Source of the DNA: Vicinamibacterales bacterium
Lineage (GTDB): Bacteria; Acidobacteriota; Vicinamibacteria; Vicinamibacterales; UBA2999
Direction of reading: 5' to 3'
Length of the DNA stretch: 64,000 nt
NCBI GenBank assembly: GCA_050185275.1
Contig: JBFWZN010000004.1
Span: 320,919 to 384,918 of the forward strand
Part shown: in pieces, positions 25,672-31,822 of the stretch
Layout of the letters: each line of letters begins with the position of its first letter
How positions within the stretch are numbered: the first letter of the stretch is position 1
The notes under the pieces: generated by a model
What the model was told of the DNA's origin: nothing
The model's database searches: none
Seen by the model: only the letters and a program-made list of their open reading frames with translations
Translations under genes and position numbers: made by a program

Positions 25672-26538
25672 GGCATCGTTCAAGACCTGAATTCGACCTG
25701 TGCTCAGTTGGTAGGCGAAAGTCTCCATCAAGAAGTCAGCGAGTGTTTTGGCTGCGTTTACGGCGAGCCTCGCGTGGTGCCGTTCCGGCCGATAGCTCCG
25801 GGCGTGAGCATCGCCCATCTTGTTCCGCATGGGTGCGAGGCCGGAGACGATGCTCGACAGACCGGCCAATACCTGCCGCAGGCTGTCGGCGATGTCGGTT
25901 CTTGCGGGATCGAGGTTGAGTAGCTTCTGGACACGTTTGTAGAGCCTTGGCAGATCGCCGTCGTACGCCGGTGGCTGCTGGACCAGCCGGGCTTCGATGG
26001 CAATCAGGACGGCCTCGACCAGCGAGCGTGCATTCGTTATGGCTCCATCGTAGTCGCCGTCGCGAAGCTTGCGGTCGCACTTCGACAACTGCTCGTCGAT
26101 AAACTCGTGCGATGTGGGATCAAGGTGGCTGAGCTTCGCCTCAACGGCTACTAGCTGCTCGCCCAGACGGCGCAAGCGATAGTGGCCCGCGCTGAGTACG
26201 AGCTCAAGGCCGTCGTACGCCAGGTACTTGTTGAGGTATTCGACCGCGCTCGACGCTTCAAACGGTGTATCGAAGAACCGCGGTGGGTATACCGAGCCCT
26301 CAATTGCGTCGGTCAGCTGGGGCGTCTCGTTTAGCTGCTCGAGCTTGGCCTCCGCGTACGCCCACCTCGACGGAAATCCTTGGCCGTACGTTTCGTTGAA
26401 GCCGAACTCGTTGAAGAACTCGACCAGCTTCGGGCCGCTCAGGTAGGGCGCCAGCGGCCCGGCGTTCGTGTCGAACTTGTCGCCCGTAATGACGTGCTGG
26501 ATGGCGGAGATAGTGCGCTTCGAGATCTTGGGCGACAC
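25666..26538 (-). CDS. Abi_C / HEPN-domain abortive-infection-like protein (cassette 2)
   Basis: GTG start; C-terminal LAPMRNKMGDAHARSY...HHARLAVNAAKTLADFL = Rx6H HEPN-type motif of the Abi_C (hypoth_ymh-like) domain; N-terminal ~150 aa unassigned. Confidence 0.7.
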   Translation of the reverse strand: MSPKISKRTISAIQHVITGDKFDTNAGPLAPYLSGPKLVEFFNEFGFNETYGQGFPSRWAYAEAKLEQLNETPQLTDAIEGSVYPPRFFDTPFEASSAVEYLNKYLAYDGLELVLSAGHYRLRRLGEQLVAVEAKLSHLDPTSHEFIDEQLSKCDRKLRDGDYDGAITNARSLVEAVLIAIEARLVQQPPAYDGDLPRLYKRVQKLLNLDPARTDIADSLRQVLAGLSSIVSGLAPMRNKMGDAHARSYRPERHHARLAVNAAKTLADFLMETFAYQLSTGRIQVLNDAG

Positions 26539-26573
26539 GGATCAGGCTTCGCGGGCTAAGGCGCTCGTTGTCC

Positions 26574-26675
26574 GGCTAACGTTCTGCCGCTCAGCCGCGA
26601 GCGGCGGGGTCGAAGTGTACCGCACCGGCGACCCGCGTACGCCCGCCGCTCGTCGGCTGCAGCGGCGGGTTAGGC
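26574..26675 (-). repeat. attC (site 1, integrase-proximal)
   Basis: Minus R'' GCCTAAC (TAA stop inside) ... R' GTTAGCC; 102 bp. Confidence 0.85.
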
Positions 26676-27134
26676 GTCCGCACGCAACGCGACCCGATAG
26701 CGGCACTTGCGCCGCTCGCCCTCGAGGTACATGTCGGAGTCCGGTGGAAGGTCCACTGTCTCGACGAGTTCCGCGCCGGCGAGCTCGCAGGTTCGCCTGG
26801 ACGCCCAGTTGTCCGGGTTGCACGTGATCCACAACTCGGTCATGCCGTGCGCGCGCGCGAGCGGCAGCAGCAGTCGCAGGCTGCGCGACGCGAAGTGGTG
26901 GCCACGATGCGCCGGGCGCACCCCGTACGCAATCTGACCGCCGACGTTCACCATGGCAGGCGTCGCGCCGAGCCGGAACTCGATGTCGCCGGCGACCTCG
27001 CCCGCGACGACTAGGTCGAAGCGATAGGCGGGCACCCACGCTCTCGCGGCATCCCCCGGGAATCGCTCTCGCAGACGCAGGTGCAACTCGCCATCGAGAA
27101 GCGTGCCTGGGTCGCGAAACTCGGTACTGATCAT
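26670..27134 (-). CDS. GNAT-family N-acetyltransferase (cassette 1)
   Basis: ATG 7 nt after the first GTTAGGC junction; HRGHHFASRSLRLLLPLARAHG and WASRRTCELAGAELVE fit a GNAT core. Confidence 0.75.
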   Translation of the reverse strand: MISTEFRDPGTLLDGELHLRLRERFPGDAARAWVPAYRFDLVVAGEVAGDIEFRLGATPAMVNVGGQIAYGVRPAHRGHHFASRSLRLLLPLARAHGMTELWITCNPDNWASRRTCELAGAELVETVDLPPDSDMYLEGERRKCRYRVALRADA

Positions 27135-27141
27135 CCCGTGC

Positions 27142-27448
27142 GCCTAACTACTTACTAACTGGACGTCCGGTACGTCCCCTCCCAGGCTTCGCCCCCCTGA
27201 GCTACACCGCGTGCCCATCGGCCGCAAGCTGTTGAGTGGGCGGAGTCTAGCACTCCGAAGTGGGAGCGACAACGGATTCAGTCACCGCGGCGCGGTGAGC
27301 CGGCCATAGCTGCGGGGCCGGTCAGGCGTATGAGGGAGCTGGTGTGGGGCGTCTTCAGGCGGAAGTACCAGCCGGAGAAGGGATTAGGGCTTGAGAAGGT
27401 CGTATCGGGAGGATGTGTATACCTGCGAAGCCCGCGCGGTATAGCGGG
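27142..27448 (-). other. Candidate attI / cassette-promoter region (non-coding spacer between intI remnant and first cassette)
   Basis: Minus strand ends ...CCAGTTAGTAAGTAGTTAGGC|gcacgggATG; no credible ORF; several short hairpins (e.g. ggacgt-ccggt-acgtcc at 27161..27177). Confidence 0.4.
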
Positions 27449-27790
27449 TCAGAGCCGGTCTGCGGGGCTTCGCACGCCTAATCCACCCCGGTTCAGAACG
27501 TGGGTGTAGATCATCGTGGTGCTGACGTCGGCGTGACCGAGCAATTCCTGCACCGTCCTAATGTCGTAGCCGTCCTCGAGCAGGTGCGTGGCGAACGAGT
27601 GTCGAAACGTGTGGCAACTCGCCCGCGCCGCGATGCCGGCCTGCCGCACCGCCCGCATCAGCCTCGCCGGTGCATGCCGTGATCGCCCGTCACGCGGAGC
27701 CGCCCCTACTCGCGGCGCCGGCGACAGGGTACGAGCGTCGTCAGGACTTCCGGCGTGCGGAGCCGGAGGCTCATGGGCCGGCCGGCGGGG
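27449..27790 (-). pseudogene. intI: Integron integrase (intI) C-terminal remnant
   Basis: Last 72 aa [69 protein letters not shown] carry tyrosine-recombinase box II (HxxR, LLGH, catalytic Y) plus the IntI-type tail GVRSPxDxL; upstream similarity fades; the next gene ends at 28152, so no room for the N-terminal ~200 aa. Confidence 0.85.
27654..27785. repeat. Direct repeat unit 1 (period 243 bp) overlapping the intI remnant
   Basis: cgcatcagcctcgccggtgcatgccgtgatcgcccgtcacgcgga...cggcgtgcggagccggaggc recurs at 27897 with a few substitutions. Confidence 0.85.
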
Positions 27791-27896
27791 CGCGGCCGTC
27801 TCACGGACCGACTGCGACGCACGCCGACACGGCTCGCCTGAAGTCGTGGCGACGCGACGACCCGCCGCGAGTCCGTGCCCCACGATCCGTGACGCT

Positions 27897-28028
27897 CGCA
27901 TCAGCCTCGCCGGTGCGTGCCGTGATCGACCGTCGCGCGGATCCGCCCCTACTCGCGGCGCCAGCGGCAGGGTACGAGCGTCGCCAGGACTTCCGGCGTG
28001 CGGAGCCGGAGGCCCGTGGGGCGGCCGC
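27897..28028. repeat. Direct repeat unit 2 (copy of 27654..27785)
   Basis: Near-identical ~130 bp; encodes a second ...[35 protein letters not shown] segment in the same frame. Confidence 0.85.
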
Positions 28029-28095
28029 GCCCCGCCGGCCGGGGGCAGCAGCGGAAGGCGCATCTGCCGGCTGCGAACGGAGGTCCCGGCGGCGT

Positions 28096-28129
28096 ACAAA
28101 GCAAAGGGGCGGACCCGAAAGCCCGCCCC
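28096..28129 (-). terminator. Rho-independent terminator of the SnoaL-like gene
   Basis: Minus strand GGGGCGG-gctttcgggt-CCGCCCC followed by TTTGCTTTGT, 22 nt after the stop at 28152. Confidence 0.7.
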
Positions 28130-28151
28130 TCGTCGTGCATTGCGGCTTAGG

Positions 28152-29072
28152 CTAGCGGCGGGTGATGCCGTTCGGGAAGGCCACGTCCCAGTGCTCCTGG
28201 ATGAGGCCGTCGTCCACGCGCACCATGTCGAACCGGTAGTACACCGTCTGGCGCGCGCTGTTGCCCGGGTCCGGCTCCGTCCGCTGATCGAACTTCAGGT
28301 AGAAGTTGCCGGTGATGAGTTCGAGCGTCGGCGGCGTCACCCACTCGTCCTTGATCGGCTGCTTCTCGCGGTTGCTGAAGTTCTTGATGAAGTTGTCGCG
28401 CCCGCCCGGCACGTTCATGTTGTGCTGCATGTAGCCGGGCGCCATGGCCTGCATCGCCAGCTCCGTGTGCCCGTACTGCAGGATGTCCTTGAACTCGACG
28501 ATGCCCAGGCGGCGCGTCTCCTGCTCGCGCGGGCTCAGGTTCGTGGAGTGGTTGTACACGCCGCCCCCGAGCAGCTTCGGACCGAAGTCGGTCTGCACCG
28601 TCCGCCGCGCCCCATCCCAGTGCTCCACGATCTTGCCGTCGGCAATCCGGAAGAGATCCAGGGTGTTGTACTTGAAGATCTTCGCGGGCTCGGTCGGGTC
28701 GATGATGAAGTTGGCCCACATCAGGAACACGTACTCGTTCTTGGCGAACTCCACCTCTGGCCGCCCGGCGCGCTGCTCCGTGAAGTTCTGCAGCAGCTCG
28801 GGCCGCGTCCGCAGCGTCTGCACGAAGCCGTCGCGGCCCGCCGGCACGTTGGGATTGCGCGAGATGAAGTTCTCGGGCATGTAGTGCGACGCGATGTCGA
28901 GGTTGCCCCGCTGCATGATGTCGCGCCACCAGTCGTGCACCAGCTGCAGGTTCGCGCGCTCGGCCGGATTCATGGCATAGGACGTCTGCTGCGGCACCTG
29001 GTACTGCGCCGAAGCGGGCGCGGCCAGCCCCACGCACAGGAACAACGCGGCCGGAATCAGTGCTCTTCTCAT
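28152..29072 (-). CDS. Secreted protein with two tandem SnoaL/NTF2-like domains
   Basis: Trimmed to ATG 29072; signal peptide [23 protein letters not shown]; duplicated blocks [11 protein letters not shown] and [11 protein letters not shown]. Confidence 0.7.
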   Translation of the reverse strand: MRRALIPAALFLCVGLAAPASAQYQVPQQTSYAMNPAERANLQLVHDWWRDIMQRGNLDIASHYMPENFISRNPNVPAGRDGFVQTLRTRPELLQNFTEQRAGRPEVEFAKNEYVFLMWANFIIDPTEPAKIFKYNTLDLFRIADGKIVEHWDGARRTVQTDFGPKLLGGGVYNHSTNLSPREQETRRLGIVEFKDILQYGHTELAMQAMAPGYMQHNMNVPGGRDNFIKNFSNREKQPIKDEWVTPPTLELITGNFYLKFDQRTEPDPGNSARQTVYYRFDMVRVDDGLIQEHWDVAFPNGITRR

Positions 29073-29350
29073 CTCTATTCCCCCAGAACTGTCGGAATCC
29101 ATCGGAACGCGGCGCATTATAGCCAATCCCTCCCGCCCGGCTCGCATGGGCGCAGGCGACGGCGCGCGGCCCCACTTGTCGCACCGCTGTCGCGTCGTCG
29201 ACAGGCGGGCGCAACACCTGGACCGTACAACCAGTGGTGCGGACAGCCGCGTGGTGCTGTACGCGCACTGCGGTCAGACCGCTCGGGTGGCGTCGGAGCG
29301 ACGCTCGCTCGACGACATCCCACACGATCTCACGCCAGGAGAGACTCCAG

Positions 29351-30856
29351 ATGAATACGTTTCCCAGCCGCGCGAGGCTTGCCGTTGGCGGCATCCTGCT
29401 CGCGGGCGCCGTCGCGTCGGCCAGTGGCCTTCGCTTTTCCGACTTCACGCCCCTGGTGGCCTCGGCCGGCCCGACGGCCGATGAAGCCATGCCTGTCACG
29501 TTCGGTAATCCTGCGTTCGAACAGGCGTCCATTGCCGACCGGACCTTCCAGCTGGGCGCGGGCGTGCCCAACTCGGGCAACTGGGACATGCTCACCGTCA
29601 ACGAGACGGGCCGGCATCGCGGCCGCTATCTCTTCACGGTGTTCGAGACCGGCCAGGCCGGTGTGCAGCGGCACGACCTGAAGACGGGCCTTGTCGAGAC
29701 CGTGTGGTACAGCCCGACGCCCGGCGGACACGTGGCCTTCGACGCGTCGTACTGGACGCCGTGGGGCACCTTCATCACGGCGGAAGAGAGCTGGTCGACG
29801 GCCGCCGGAGGGTCCACGAGCCCCTACGGACGACTGTTCGAGCTGAAGAATCCGCTCCAGGCCCCCGGGATCGTGGGCGTGCCGACCGCGGCCAGCAACC
29901 TGAACGCTGACTTCGTGCACCAGAACGTCATCCCCCGCACCTCGCACGAGGGCATTCAGTTCGACAGCGCCGGGAACATGTACTTCATCGATGAGCTCAA
30001 TGGCGGCAACGTCTACAAGTACACGCCGGCGGCAAGCATGAAGCGGGTGAAGGCTGGACGGGCCGACTACTTCGCGGCGGGCCAGACCTTCGTGCTGCGC
30101 GTGGGAGACGGCAACACGCCGAACGCCACTGGTGCCTACCAGTGGGTGCCCTTCACGGACGGGACGGGCGCGGGCCTTCCGGGCGCGCTCACGATTACCG
30201 ACACCAACGGCGTGACGTCAGTCGACGCGCGGAACACGACGAACCTGCCGGCATTCAAGGGTACGGACTATCAGCGGCCGGAGGATCTCCAGATCCAGAT
30301 CGTGCGCGGACGTGAGTACCTGTACATGGCCACGACCACGACGAACGAAGTCTATCGGCTGGATCTCCGCAACCAGGTCATCTCGGTCTTCGCCGATCGC
30401 AACACCCTGGACCTGGCGACGGGTGCACCCGTGGGTGTGGCACTCACCAGCCCCGACAACCTCGCCATCGACCACGAGGGCAACATCTACGTCATCGAGG
30501 ACCAGCCCGGTGGCGTCAGCGACGACATCTGGTTCGCAAAGGACCGGAACCGGGACGGCGATCTGCTCGACGCGGGTGAGGGATTGGCGCGTTGGGCGTC
30601 GAACGGCACACCCGGGTCGGAGTTCACCGGCCTCTATTTCGACCCCTTCAACAAGGGTCGCGCCTGGGTCAACATCCAGCACCCCTCGAGCGGCAACGAC
30701 CGGACCATCGAGATCCGCCTTCCGGGCCGCCGGCACGGGCACGACCACGACGGCGACCACTCGGAGTGCGACGACGACGACCACCGTAACGATCACCGCG
30801 ACGGCGACCGTCGGGACGACCGACGGGGTGACGACCGGTACGATCGGCGGCGCTAG
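29351..30856 (+). CDS. Secreted PhoX/DUF839-like beta-propeller protein with His/Asp/Arg-rich C-terminal tail
   Basis: Trimmed to ATG 29351 (GGAGAG upstream); signal peptide; blocks WTPWGTFITAEE, HEGIQFD, RPEDLQI, PDNLAIDHEGNIYVIEDQ. Confidence 0.7.
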   Translation: MNTFPSRARLAVGGILLAGAVASASGLRFSDFTPLVASAGPTADEAMPVTFGNPAFEQASIADRTFQLGAGVPNSGNWDMLTVNETGRHRGRYLFTVFETGQAGVQRHDLKTGLVETVWYSPTPGGHVAFDASYWTPWGTFITAEESWSTAAGGSTSPYGRLFELKNPLQAPGIVGVPTAASNLNADFVHQNVIPRTSHEGIQFDSAGNMYFIDELNGGNVYKYTPAASMKRVKAGRADYFAAGQTFVLRVGDGNTPNATGAYQWVPFTDGTGAGLPGALTITDTNGVTSVDARNTTNLPAFKGTDYQRPEDLQIQIVRGREYLYMATTTTNEVYRLDLRNQVISVFADRNTLDLATGAPVGVALTSPDNLAIDHEGNIYVIEDQPGGVSDDIWFAKDRNRDGDLLDAGEGLARWASNGTPGSEFTGLYFDPFNKGRAWVNIQHPSSGNDRTIEIRLPGRRHGHDHDGDHSECDDDDHRNDHRDGDRRDDRRGDDRYDRRR

Positions 30857-31043
30857 CGAATCCGCCGAGTCAGACACCCCAGCGTACCTGCAGGACTCCG
30901 CGGGTACGCTGGGGGTCGGCCCGCGCACGGCGTCCGACACTCAGCGTTTCGCGACAGGCGGCCCAGGCCCAGCGGTCAGCCAGGACGGAACAGGCGACAC
31001 GCACCGGCGACCTGGGGTAGGCTCTCGCCCTGAGGCGCGAGCC

Positions 31044-31748
31044 ATGCGTGCATTCCGAGCCGTCGTCGTGTTCGCCTGTCTGGCGGCGTGCCTGGCCGTC
31101 CCGCCCCGCGCGCACGCCCAGGGTGCGGGGTCCTTCTATCCCGACAGCCTGGCTGAACTGCGAGCCGCCGCCGAGCAGGGCGATGCCGACTCGCAGGTCC
31201 TGATGGGCCGCCTCTACTTCGAGGGAGAGGGCGTGCCGCAGGACGATGCCGAAGCGCTCCGGTGGTGGCGCCTGGCCGCCGCCCAGAACAACCGGGACGC
31301 GCAGTTCCGCATCAGCTACATGTACGAGTACGGCCGGGGCGTGCCGCTGGACCTGGACGAGGCCATCCACTGGTACCGGCTGGGCGCGGCGCAGGGCGAC
31401 GAGCTCGCGCAGTTCAACCTGGGCCGCATGTACTACACGGGGCAGGGCGTGCCGCAGGACTTCGCCGAAGCGGCGCGGTGGTGGCGGATGGCGGCGCGCC
31501 TGCACAACCTCGTCGCCCAGTTCAACCTCGGCGTGATGTACGAGACGGGCCGGGGCGTGACGCAGGACGACGTCCGCGCGTACATGTGGTTCAGCCTGTC
31601 CACCGCCGCCTCGTCCGACGAGGACTGGGTGCGGCGGCTGGCCTACCGCGATGCGGTGGGCGCCCGGCTCACGGCGGACCAGCGAGCCCGCGCCGAGACG
31701 CTGGCCAGCGCGTGCCGCGCATCCGCCTTCCTCGACTGCGGCGACTGA
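31044..31748 (+). CDS. Secreted Sel1-like repeat (SLR) protein
   Basis: Trimmed to ATG 31044; signal peptide; about 5 repeats of A..W(W/Y)R.AA.QG...AQ..LG.MY..G.GV.QD. Confidence 0.85.
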   Translation: MRAFRAVVVFACLAACLAVPPRAHAQGAGSFYPDSLAELRAAAEQGDADSQVLMGRLYFEGEGVPQDDAEALRWWRLAAAQNNRDAQFRISYMYEYGRGVPLDLDEAIHWYRLGAAQGDELAQFNLGRMYYTGQGVPQDFAEAARWWRMAARLHNLVAQFNLGVMYETGRGVTQDDVRAYMWFSLSTAASSDEDWVRRLAYRDAVGARLTADQRARAETLASACRASAFLDCGD

Positions 31749-31822
31749 CCACCCGCCTCCGGGAGCCCGCTGGCCCGTCGGCGGTGGACCATCCGCTACG
31801 TGGCCTCTCTAGGTGGCCGGCG

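Larger units (their letters stand above)
13292..28028 (-). mobile_element. Sedentary chromosomal integron: degraded intI, candidate attI, array of about 19 cassettes / 18 attC sites (cassettes read on the minus strand)
   Basis: Regular RYYYAAC...GTTRRRY imperfect palindromes with attC-type arm asymmetry, mostly one minus-strand ORF per interval, intI C-terminal remnant at 27449.., lower GC than both flanks. Confidence 0.9.

Noticed and set aside
13292-27148. The regularly spaced repeats could be mistaken for a CRISPR array.
   Set aside because: The repeats are 59-117 bp imperfect palindromes with RYYYAAC/GTTRRRY ends, not short identical direct repeats. The spacers are 0.1-1.1 kb, mostly hold complete ORFs, and no cas genes are present.
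27196-27226. tRNA-like string on the minus strand (GGGCACGCGGTGTAGCTCAGGGGGGCGAAGC) inside the attI spacer.
   Set aside because: Only a D-arm-like GTAGCTCAG motif is present. There is no closing GAGC, no anticodon stem and no T-arm (GGTTCGAATCC-type), so at best it is a meaningless fragment.
27296-27330. GAGCCGG...CCGGTC hairpin considered as a group II intron domain V (group IIC introns target attC sites).
   Set aside because: The stem length, bulge and GNRA loop of domain V are not reproduced. No intron-encoded protein or other intron domains fit in 300 nt.
28147-29601. 484-aa minus-strand ORF and 27588..29354 plus-strand ORF across the SnoaL gene.
   Set aside because: They overlap a frame with a signal peptide and duplicated SnoaL blocks, have low-complexity R/A/G/P composition, and show no motif.
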